This document shows positions 45,301-57,300 of a stretch of 64,000 bases of DNA, in pieces; position 1 is the stretch's first letter; every line of letters begins with the position of its first letter. The stretch is taken from NCBI GenBank assembly GCA_951804945.1, contig OX638149.1:85746001-85810000 (forward strand), in the 5' to 3' direction. The notes below the pieces were generated by a model. It searched no databases. It saw only the letters and a program-made list of their open reading frames with translations, and had not been told where the DNA came from. The position numbers and the translations under genes were made by a program. The stretch is from Podarcis cretensis (Eukaryota).

Positions 45301-48300
45301 ACTTGAATAGGAATTGTTGGCTCCAGCTCCTTTGACCAATGGGTGGGGCAAGCGTTTCAAACTTCTCCCTTTTGATTCTACAGTCCTGGGGGGAGTTGAA
45401 GCTGAGTAGGAAGGGGGGAGGTGAGTTCCATGTAGCCTGATGGTTCTCTGGCTGGTGGTTGGGGCCAGGTTGGTCTCCTTGCCATGATATTCTTCCTTGG
45501 AGGGCAACTGGACTGTAGCCCTAATGTGCTGCCCTTCATTTCTGCAGTCCCATCAAGGCTTTTGAATATCTGAATATCAGCATGCGTAAGCTTAGATTAA
45601 GCAACAAGGCCGGCTCTTCTATTCTGGCCAGTGGATATGATACGTCATGGTCCCTTGGGTCGGATATTCTATAGGATATGTGAATTCTATCCTAGTATCC
45701 TGGATGTCCTTGTAGGTCAGGGACAGCATTATCTGAGGACGAGCTCTGAGTGAATCTTCCTCTTTTGCAAGAGATACTGGTGCAAGGGCATTAAAACCCT
45801 GCTGAGTCCTAGCACTGAAAACTGTTTCTAGGAATGAGCCCCAGCGCAGAGAAAGCCTCAGCCCTTGTTCTCCTGCAAAGGAATGCCCACCTAGCTCATT
45901 AATCCTATGGCTCTTTTGCAGCACGATATTGAGATGCTGGACCCACGAGGCCGAACGCCCCTGGAGCTGGCCGTGTGCCTGGGGAACCTGGAATCTGTCC
46001 GGGTGTTGTTGCAACACAATGCCAGTGTGGGCCAAGAGAATGCCAACGGCTGGACAGGTATGAAGGTTCAGTGGGCAAGGGTATGTGCCCCATGTTAGTC
46101 CGTTTCAATTTCTGTCTCCTCTGCTTAAAGCTGGGGTGAGTTGCACTTACAACTCCCACGCTGGCTGTAGGCTGATGGGAGATAGAGTCCAACAAAACCT
46201 GGAGAGCCGCATGTTCATCAGGATCATCAGGCTGCACGACTGTGAAACGCCTTCTGCTTGAGACCTTGCAGTGCTGCCGCCTAATACTGGGCTCAATAAC
46301 AGTCGTTCATATTGAAGCATCTCCTTATATCCTAGGCAAGGGGGGAAATAGAAGGAATGTGTTGAAAGGGTTGTTGTGAAAGCTAAGCAAGGGAAGACAG
46401 AAGTTAAGAAATGAAAGACCTGAGGCGTGAGGGCTGTGGTTTTGAGGGGTAAGCAACACGAATGAAAGCCAGAGTCCAGTGCTTAGGCCAGTACTGGGGT
46501 AATATGTGTGCTTTGAAGGCAGAACTCTTCCCGGCACTTTTGTTTAAGGCACCTATTCTTGCTTCTCTGGCTTAAGTTTCTGGAGCCTTGCTTTGCCCTG
46601 CCTAGGATGGTAGAAGTTTCCCTGGGAACTGAGCACTGATTGGCATGATACCTGTGCCCTTGGCAGCCAGACATGTCCTTTTGGCAGATCAATAGGCTGT
46701 CTGCTCCTGGTTGGGAGTGAGGTTAGAGGAGAAACTCGTTTGGACTTGAGAGATGATGGGCACAGTGAGTGGGGCCAAGAAGCCAAATACTGATTTTTTC
46801 CCTCTGCCTCTCTAGTCCTGCAGGAGGCAGTAAGCACAGGGGACCCAGAGATGGTGCAGCTGGTGCTCCAGTATCGCGATTACCAGCGGGCCACACAGCG
46901 CCTAGGCGGCATCCCAGAATTGCTCAACAAACTGCGCAGAGTATGTACAGTCAACTTCAGTCCTTGTGTATTTATCAGTGTCTACAGATTTTATTATAGG
47001 GGCGCCCAACCTGTACTCTTGTCAGGACCCCTGGCGAAGGGAGAAAGAAATCTTGCCAAATCTGCCCTCTCTTAGGATCTTATTGGAATCTCCTTTTCTT
47101 TCTAAAACTCTGGTTGTGTTTGTGTTAATTAAAAGCCACAACCCTCTCTCTGGATACTTCTTCCATAGAGCACCAGCATTAAGTCCCTCAGTTTCCTGCT
47201 TGGCAGGGGGTTGGACTCGATGGCCCTTGTGGTCTCTTCCAACTCTATGATTCTATGATTCTATGATTCTAACTTTTGTGTGGGCACAGAACCATTGCAA
47301 TTTAACCATTCCTATGTTCTTCTAATGCATACTTCAAGAAGGGAAACACTCTTGTCCCTCCCACACTCCCTTGCGAAGGGGCTTGGAAGACAAAGCATTT
47401 GAACAGCATGGTTTCAAGATGACAACGGTAGCAGTTACTCTGCATCCCAGAAGCATCAACCCTCTTCTCCTTTAAGCCCCCTGGGATGCTCAAAAGCACT
47501 CTTGGGTTTTCTAGCTAGCAGTTGCTAGATCTAATTGAACTCCCATTGGCAAAGTGTGACTCTTAATAAGATTATGGTCACAGCAAAATGTAGTCCCTTT
47601 AGAGAACAGGGATTGGCTGTTCTCGCTGCCCCTTCTCTCACTTGCAGTGCTCTGCCCCCTCACCTTGGTTCTCCATCTCCACAGGCTCCTGATTTCTACG
47701 TGGAGATGAAGTGGGAGTTTACCAGCTGGGGTAAGTCAGTGCTTCACTTCTGGGAATGGTCCACAAAAGCCCGAGCAGGTGACAGGAGAGAGCTATCCAA
47801 TAAGGGAGGAGTTTGGCCTGGGGAAATGATGCAGCTCAGAAAACCTCCTGAGCTCAGAAACATAGACGACATTTTGAGGAAGAAGGAAGCATTCTCCTTT
47901 CTCTGTGGTGGGTGCCCTGGCTTCACCAAGGAGCAGAATCCATGCTATTGACACGTGGTGTCCTAGTCGTGCTCCAGAGATTAGAAGTGTGACACCCTGA
48001 AGGAATGAGGTGATGCCAGGCAGAGAGGGCAAGAAGTACCTCTCAGCCATGAGTCTCATTGGGTACTTTGGAGCATGTCGCTGTCTCTCAGTTTGACCTT
48101 CCACACAGAGGCTATGGTGCCTCTCTGAAGGGCTGTAGCTCAGTGGAAGAGCACCTGCTTTTCACACAGAAGATCCCAGGTTCAGTCAGGCATTTCTATG
48201 TGGGGCTGGGATAGGCCTCCCATCCTGAAACCCTGGAGAGCTGCTGCTAGTCGATGTAGACAACACAGAAATTGATGGACCGGTATTAGATGAACCAGTG

Positions 48301-51300
48301 GATCAGATGGATCAGTATAAGGCAGCTCCCTGTGTTTCTGTGGGTGAGGTACAAATGTGGCAAACAAGTAAATGATGCTAAGCAATGTTTCCTCTCCCTC
48401 TGCTCCCTCTCTTCCTCTCCGTCACCAGTGCCCCTGGTCTCCAAGATATGCCCAAGTGACGTGTACCGGGTGTGGAAGCGTGGGGAAAACTTGCGGGTTG
48501 ACACCACCTTGCTGGGCTTTGAGCACATGACCTGGCAGCGGGGCCGCCGCAGCTACATCTTTAAAGGCGAAGGTCAGAATATCTCTTTTCTGGGGAGATG
48601 GGTCCATGCTTGGCAAGGGGGGGGGCTATGATACTGACTGCTTTTCTCTCTGTTGCTCCCCCACCCTCTTTTCTCCTTCCCCTCATTGGCCAGATGAGAA
48701 TGCTGTGGTGATGGAGGTTGACCACGACAAGCAGGTGGTGTACACTGAAACGTTGTCTCTAGCCTTGCATGAGCCAGAGCTGATGCTGGCTGCCATGCAG
48801 CCTTCCGAGGAGCACGTGGCCAGCCGGCTCACTTCACCCATCGTCTCCACCCACCTGGATACCAAGAACATTGCCTTTGAGCGGTGAGCTGGGGCAGGGG
48901 GAAGGGTAGCGTATGGGTCTGTGTGAACCGTGTGCTGCTGCTGTTGCTGGTTGTTAACCCCAATGACTATATGCTGCCTCCAGGATCAGAGACAGCCGCA
49001 TGCTGCTCAGAACACCGGAATTGTCAGGGGACAGTAGCAGGAGAGCGCTATTGGCATCACGGTTGCTGGCTTCCCAGAGGCATCTGATTGGTCATTGTGG
49101 GAAATGGGATGCTAGACTAGAGGGACTATGGATGTGATCCAGCTGCAGGGCTCTTTTTATGGTACAGGATGAGGCCAATGAGACCAACGCTGGGAAGGAT
49201 GAAGTCTGCCCAGGCTCTTGAGCATCAGCTAGTTTTGCGAGAAAAGAGGGGGACCAAGGCCCCAGCTTCTACTGCCATAGATGTCTGCAGCTCTGTTATC
49301 AGATATGCCCCATCTCCCCTCAGAGGAGAGACTTCCACTCGCAGCTCCCTAGTCCAAGTCTTTCAAGGGCAGGGTTGGGAGAGGTGAAGGTAGATGTGTG
49401 TGTGAGAGAGAAAGTGACATTTGATGAGATGGTTATCTTTTAGGCTGAAGAGTATGAGGTCATTCCAAGTCTGAAAAGGGTTGGAAGAGATGAAGCTCCA
49501 TTGTAGCAGTGGTGTTTGAGAAAGTGGTTATCTTTAGGCTGCATTGGGGGGGGGCAGCTGAGGTCTGCAATGGCAAACTCTATCGCTCTTGACCAGAGGG
49601 CTTTCCTCTCCAGGAACAAGTCTGGCATCTGGGGCTGGCGCTCTGAGAAGATGGAAAACATCAGCGGCTATGAAGCCAAGGTACAACTCTTCCCCCATTC
49701 CTGTTCCTTGTGTGTGTAAATCTGAAAAATTCATCAAAGTTTAGCTTAGCTTCACTGCTTTGAGGAATCAGGGCTTGTGTTGGATGGGACCAGGTGATAT
49801 CAACGGTCTCTTTGTCCTTTTTCCAGGTTTACAGTGCCAGCAACGTGGAGCTTGTCACCAAAACCCGTACTGAGCACCTGTCAGATCAGGACAAGACACG
49901 CAACAAAGGTAAAAGCAGATGTTGAACCGCTTCCAGTTGTGACTCGGTGTGTTGACTCATCCAATGACCCTTCATGCTGCTAGGGATTATTTTACCCTAC
50001 AATTCCCAGAACTCCGATTAATTGTGTGCTGCACTTGCTGTTTGGCGGCTCCTGCCTGCCCTTTGACCACAAGTGACTTGTCCTCAATAGTCATGATGTG
50101 CTCCTCCCATTTACAGGCTTCACCTGGTGGTTAAGAGAACAAAAATGGCAGCAGCGTATACTGAATATTGGCCTGGTCTATATGTTACGCTCAGCTGAAC
50201 CGTGGCTAAGCAAGAATGAAAAATTGCACAAGTGCACCGAGCGAATATTGCTGCCACTTCATTCCTCCCTGATTCCACTGCCTAAGAAGCAACAGGATAG
50301 ATAGGGATTTTGGCTGTTGTCCTGTGTAGACAGCTTTCCAAACCACTGGTGGGAGAGGCAGAGTAAATGGGAATATGTACACAGCATAACTGTAGGAGTC
50401 TGGAGGGACCACTTGGGCCATGCAGGCCTATGGAAGGCACTCACTTTCATGGAGAAGGAGTCTGAGAAGGAGGATGTCAGGCGGTAGATGGGCTAGCCTT
50501 AGTGGCTATGGCAGGTAGAGGAGCCTAGTGATTCCATGGTGCTGGTGGTTCCATGATACATCTGGCAATCCTTGTGTAGATCTTCCCCCATAATGTAAAA
50601 ATCATTCAGTTCATGGATATCGGTATCTGTGGTCGTAATAGAGAGGACCTTTTCTGTAGCCACCTACACCCTGCAACTCTGTCGAGAGAGACCCACCTTG
50701 ACCTCTCCCAGAAGGCCTATTGCCATAATGCAAAGATCTTCCTTTCTTGGCAGGCATTTGGTCTGTCGAGCTGCTGACCTTAACCTCCCTGGCAGGTCAC
50801 TTTCTTTTTTAATCTGCTGCCTCTTCCTCTTTTATCGCTTATCAATGACTGTTTTGCTGCATTTTCCATGGATTTTGTCATTCTAATGTTACTAGCCGCC
50901 TTGAACATTGCTGGGTAAAGGCGCTCTAAAACTATTTCAGATAAATAAAAATAAGATAACAAATAAATTGCACTAAAGTGGTGGAGGTGGTGGTAGGTTC
51001 TTTGGAGAGGACTCATTCACTTAGACATCCTCCTTTTGTCTTCCAGGTTCTAAGACTCCATTCCAGTCCTTCCTGGGAATCGCCCAGCAGCATGCTGCCC
51101 AGAATGGGGTGAGTGACCAGGTCAGATCCTGTCCGTATATGGGGAAAGTAGATGCTGGCCCAGCCACACAAATTTAGCCTAAGGGTACATGAGGTGGGGA
51201 AGCAGATCACAAGGGAGATATGCCAGAGAAGGGATTGTGTGGCTCCAAAGTGTTGGTGTTCTAGTTCCTGCCCAGATCCAGACCCCGATCCTCACTTTTG

Positions 51301-54300
51301 CAGGCTCCTGTGCTGCAGTCAGCCAGTCCAACCAACCCAACGTCTATTACCCCTGAGGAATACTTTGACCCCAACTTCAACCTGGAGTCCCGCAATATTG
51401 GCCGCCCTATTGAGATGTCCAACAAGGTGCAGAGGTGAGAAGGATGGGGGATACTGCATGGATTGGTGGGGTGGGGTCAGAAATGGAAGAAGATGTCAGG
51501 ACGTGACAGCTGGCACTTAACTCTTACAAAAGGTACTCATTTTTCCAGAGAAAGGTAAGAAACAAAAGGTGGAGGAAATAAAAACATGTCCCTGCAGATA
51601 ATTCACCCGTGTAGGGGAGTTGCAGGTCCAGTCTCTCCGTGGGCAGATGTTGGGGGCAGGGAGCTGGAGGAATCTCCTGGAAGACTAACATGCTTCTTGT
51701 GTGACAGGTTTAAGGCCACTCTGTGGCTCTGCGAGGACCATCCCCTCTCCCTGGTGGAGCAGGTGACGCCCATAATTGACCTGATGGCTATCAGCAACGC
51801 CCACTTTGCCAAGCTGCGTGACTTCATCACCCTCAAGTTACCTCCTGGCTTCCCTGTCAAAATCGGTGAGAGGTGTGAAGCCTGGCTGGTTGGGGGGGGG
51901 GGGACATTATCTACTCAGGGTGGGGTGGGGGGCATGGAGACAAGCTGACGGGAGGCAGATCAAGAGGGGAAGAGAGAAAAAGGAAGGCAGAGAATGAAGC
52001 TGTGGGGCTACGCCTCTCCAGACATTCTTTCTGTTGTACATCCATAATGATTTGTGCTCATGAAGGTATTGAGGTAGTTCATACACAACCTTGCTTTCAA
52101 TGTCATTTGTGCCTGCAAAGGTTTCAGAGCGGACATACTGCTTCATTTCAAATTGGTGAAATCCTGTAACGTTTCATACCTCAAATGTTCTTGGGTGGGT
52201 GCAAGAGTGCCCCTCCAGAGGGCAATAATGCAATAACTTTGGGGAAACATCTCAGAACAACTAATAAAGCAGAATGATGTCTGCTATAAATGCACCACCA
52301 ATGCACTATTATTGCAGAATACACCTACAGAAAAGAAAAACCTAGATCCATCTGCACTTTAAATTTAAAGCAGTATCATACCACTTTGAGCAGGCATGGG
52401 TTGTCCCCCCCCCCCCTCCGGAATCCTGGGAACTGTAGTTTGAGGGTTCTGTGAATTGTTAAAGAGTTCCCTCTTCTCTTCACAAAGCCAAAATTATCAG
52501 AGTGGTTTAACAATCAGCCCCTCTTCCCAGGGAACTCTGGGAATTGCAGGTCTGTGAAGGGAATACATTTGTACATTTTCTTTCTTTTTCCCAGAAATCC
52601 CCCTCTTCCACGTGCTGAATGCCCGGATCACTTTTAGTAACTTGTGCGGCTGTGATGAGCCGCTGAGCTCAGTGCGAATCTGTACTCCCACCCACACCCC
52701 AGAGAGCACCGAGGAGCCGACTGCTGGGGCAGAGGCAGCCAACAACACCAAAGGTAGGAGGAGCAGGATGGGGTGGGAGCCAGGGTCAGGACTTCCAACA
52801 GCTAATCTAAACCTTGGAGGGGGGAGAAGAGTGGAAGAGGTGGAGGGTGTTCCCGCAGGCTGGGAGAGGGAGGGAGCATTAGGGTGCAGTGGCCGTGAGC
52901 CCACATTGCAGAACTGGGAGACAACAGGGTTAAGAAGGAGATGTGAAAGTGTAAGATGTCTGAGTGACTGGAAAACGGGTGACTCCTCTGTGGAAGGGAA
53001 AGCATGCTTTCTAGAACTGACACATCCTTCTCCATGATCCCGCTACTGACCATCACATTTTAAAAATGGACATATTGGCTCAATATGTTTATCGTCATTT
53101 TTAAAAAACATCAAGTCTTTCCGCTTCAAGAATGCTAGCACAGCCATGTTCCTTTTGTTTCCCACTGATGTGCCTGAGAAAGTGGGAGCTATGCCTGCTT
53201 GTTGCCACCTTTAGGCTCATGCAGACAACCTGTGTATTCAACTTTTACCCGGATTTGCTTGCGCAAAGCTTACATGGAGGTTAGATTGTATCTGGTTTTT
53301 ATTGAGCATTCATTCTGATTGGTTTGTGGGCCAGCTATGCCCCAACAAGCATTCGTCCCACATTCATCCTGATTTGCTTGCAGGCTGTTGGCTTCCTGTT
53401 AGTCATTTGCTCACCCTGCAATTTTCAGTGCACTTCCCTACCCCTTCCCAAACTGCAAAAACGCTGGATTCTTTTTAAAACAGCATTTTTTTATGCAAGG
53501 GCAACAGAGCCCTTCAATCCACTTCAGTTGTGCAAACCTAAATTTCCGGTGCGTGTTGAGTCTCTTCTGCAAAGTAGTGACAATCAGGAGGGACTTTTTG
53601 TTAAAGAGGCTCAGCCCATTTGCTGCTTGCCTTAGGCCCTAGGGAGATGTCCTTTGTCCTTTTTAAGAGCCCTTTTCATGGGTGGAGAAAGTGAGGCAAA
53701 GATGAAGGGACTGGTCTTCGGTGACACAGGACATTGCAGAAGTTGCGTAGTCCGTTGGCCAGCGTGCTAACCATTGTGCTCCCTTCCTCCCCCAGTGTAC
53801 CCTTTCCCCTGCGAGGTGGACCCATCAGTTTTTGAGGTGCCTCAGGGCTATACAATGTTGGGCGCAGGTCGTACAGAGCCCATGCGGGACGAGGATGATG
53901 ACCTGCTCCAGTTCGCCATTCAGCAGAGCCTCCTGGATGCTGGCACAGAGACAGACCAGGTGATTGGGAAGGCGGAAACCTGCCTGCACTGGGGTGAAAA
54001 CAGGTCCATTATAGCAGGCAGGCATGACTAACTGGTTCTTGGAGGGAGGGCACATGGTGCCCGGATGGTTGTGCAGGGACCAAGTAGAGGTTGGATTGAG
54101 TGGTGTAGCAAACTAACTCCCAGTTGTTGGCACTCAGAGTGGAGATAATTCTTGGCTGCCACTTATAAATGTAGCACTGAGTGCTTTGCAAACCTTGATC
54201 TCATTAAGGCTTTTACATCCCAGTAGGAACTGGTGATTATATATTTCCTTTTTGCATGCATGTGTGTTTGTGTGAGGGGGTGGAACCTGAGGCCATCAGA

Positions 54301-57300
54301 TTATGGCTTGCCTCAGACCTCCCAGAGAGTCCATGGCTTAACCAAAGCATTATGGCTTATTATTTTAGCATTATTCCAAGTCCAAGCCTCAAATTATTAC
54401 CTGCTACAGCAGGAGCACACACCCATTCTGCCTCTTTGCTATCGGTTTTAGCATATTCATTCTTGCGTGTTACACCAGGTGACCATCTGGGAAGCTCTGA
54501 CCAACACACGGCCAGGATCCAATCCTCCGTCCTATGATGAGGAGCTACAGTTGGAACGGTGAGTGTTTCCGCAGCAAGAAGGAAGAGGTTGTATTACGAA
54601 TTCAGTTCTGCAACCTGTACGTTAAGGTGTATTATTTTCTAAAACCTACTTTGTGGTCACTTGGTCCACCCACCAGCAGCAATTCCATCTTAGCTGGATT
54701 GAGCTTCAGTCTTGCCAGGCCTCATCCACACCCTCACTGCTTCCAGATACTGTTTCAAGGATTTCACTGCCTCAGTGGGGTTTAAGGGAAAGCAGACAGA
54801 ACTGAGCAGGATCTCCATATCCTCACAGGACCTCTCCCATCGGCTGAATGCAGTGTTCTTCCCCAGCTGTTTTCCTTCATAGTCCACTATAAAGCGGGGT
54901 GCAGGGCCTCTTCCTCGGTCACCTCACATTCCCCTTCTCTCATCCTTTCTTACCAAGCAGAATGGGAATGCCCTCTTGGGGAACATGATGGCAATGAAGG
55001 AATTGGGGCGTGCCTGAATTAGCTTCCAGTGCGTCACCCATGAATGGAGTTTGCCTGCTTGTAAGCGATATACCCGTCTGTCTGGGAGATCCCCAGGAAT
55101 TGGCATAGGTGCTACGAGAAACTGAGCTTGGCATAGTTCAGATTGTAAACACTTTGAAGATGGGTAAAAATCCTCCAGCTCAAGCAGATGCAAATGTATT
55201 TGGAGAAATTTCCCCTCTTCAGCCTTCCTAGTTGTGGGTGTTGTGTGGACCTAGCTGGTTTTCCTACCACCTCCTCTCACCTTACTCTCTCATGCATTTG
55301 GCCACTCTGCCTAGTATGAGGTGTGATTGTTGATCTGTCACATGGATCTTCTTCCGCGTGAGGAAAATAAGGCTGTCTTGATGTACAGCTTTATATCCTT
55401 CTGGGGGCATGGATGAGGGCTTTTTTCGGAGGCGCTTGTGATATTTCACACTCAGCTGTAAGATTCCTCTGTGGGTTTTTGCAACGGTGCCAGTTCTTAT
55501 TTCTAATAATAATTTGAAAATCTCTTGAACAATTGCAGTCTGCCAGTGGGTGGAAAGCAAGCACCACCCGCTTTCCGGCACCAAGTGGAGAACGGTGCCA
55601 ACAGAACTGAGAAGGCTGAGAGAGCCTGAAGGAAGTTTTTTGGTATGAGTAACCACCCATTGCTCTACAAGCACAGAGCTTCCTTAAAATTCAGCAGTTG
55701 AGAGAAGACTCAAGGCACATTTGCACCTATGCTCTCAAGCAGCAGGAATTTACTCCCAGCAGTAACTTCTGAGATAACAGAATTTTAGAATTGTGGGGTT
55801 GGAAGGGACCACATGGGTCATCTAGTCCAACCCCCGGCAATGCAGGAATTTAGTTTGGTTCTTCTGTGTTGTCAACACTGCAGTTTAGTTTACTCCTACT
55901 ATTCAGGCAGTGCAGACAGCCCCTGTGTCTACTCAAACGCTATCTCAGGACCAAATAACATCAGCCATTCCATTAAGGGTTCATTGGCCTGTGCAACTTC
56001 TCATGTGACGTACGCTGTCATCTGCTGACAAGGCCGTTGTTTACATGGGTCAGACTGCTCAGTTGTGACATGAAGGAATAAACAGACACAAATCAGACAT
56101 GAAAATAGTCACAGAAGCCAAGGCAAGAGGAGCATTTCAGTCTCCCATAACTTATTGAAACAGACCTTGAGGTCCCCTCCTTAAAAGTACAAGCAGACCA
56201 CAAAGTTTCAAATGGCAATTCTTGTGTGAGACCAGGCCGGGGGGGGGGGCGTGTTCTTGAATTTTTCTTACATTTATATCCCACCTTTCTTCCAACATAC
56301 AGATGGTTGTCAGGTGGTCTCCCAGGCACTGACCAGGCTCACACCTTCAGCAAAGAGGTGGCCTTAGGTGCTTTCAGATCACTTCAGCCATTAGCTGAAA
56401 TTCATCACCAAGTTTGTTGCAGTGAAACTTGGACTTGAAGAAGACCAGGAGTGGCTAGTTAACTAACATATTTGTCTTTCTTTTGGTCTTTATTTACCTG
56501 ATTCAGCTTGCTATGCCTAGTCACCCCAGCAGATCCTTGTTGAGAAAGAGTCACATCTGCTCTGAGTGGGTCCACCAGATACAATCAAATGAATGTAGTT
56601 TTATTTGTGCTCTGCTAGTATTGTGGCAAACCTGCTGCTGTCTTTTGTATTGCTTGTGGTGGGGAGGTTGACCTCACCTTGTGGGTAGGTTCCCACTTTG
56701 GCAGCCACTCCATCTAACAAAATGGGTTTTAGCCCTCAAAAAGTTCATGATGCAAAATGGCCACAGTCTTTACAGTACCACAAGATGCTTTATTCTCGTC
56801 ACTGAAACAGACTACTCCTGCAAAATTGCCCTGGCAGTAATCTCTGCAGTAAACGACAGCTATTTTGAGAGAATTGGTGTGAACATTCCCTGCACTGATC
56901 CAGAACTGATGCAAGCCCTTTGCTGAGATGTAGAGTATAGCAGTGTAGGTAAGAGCACACATAGACTGCATCACGGGAGATACTTCAGGCTTCTTGTAGG
57001 GCATAGAAATGCATAAGGAGTGAAAACCAGGGAACAAACGGGGGAAACCCCTGGGTCATGGTGTGGCCTGTGCAGGCAGTGAGGCGTTTTCTTCACTACA
57101 AGCAGTAGGCTCTTCCCCTTTCTCCTACATTTCCTGAGTTGCTGCCCAGCAGGGAACCCACCCACAGTTGTGATGCAACGCAACAATCTGGGGACAACAG
57201 GAAGAAAAAACACAAGCCTTTCAAAGGCTAGATGACTGCTGTTTATCCAATCCAGATAAGATGGAAAAATTGTTGATGGGTACCTAATGCCTATGTCCAG

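Noticed and set aside
48130-48200. tRNA gene candidates here and at 61123 and 61745
   Set aside because: No complete cloverleaf; these are SINE heads.
49430-49541. Short direct repeat TGGTTATCTTT(T)AGGCTG partly resembling miR-9
   Set aside because: Lacks the miR-9 seed and any hairpin partner; most likely a small local duplication, and use of the proximal AG as acceptor would frameshift exon 7.
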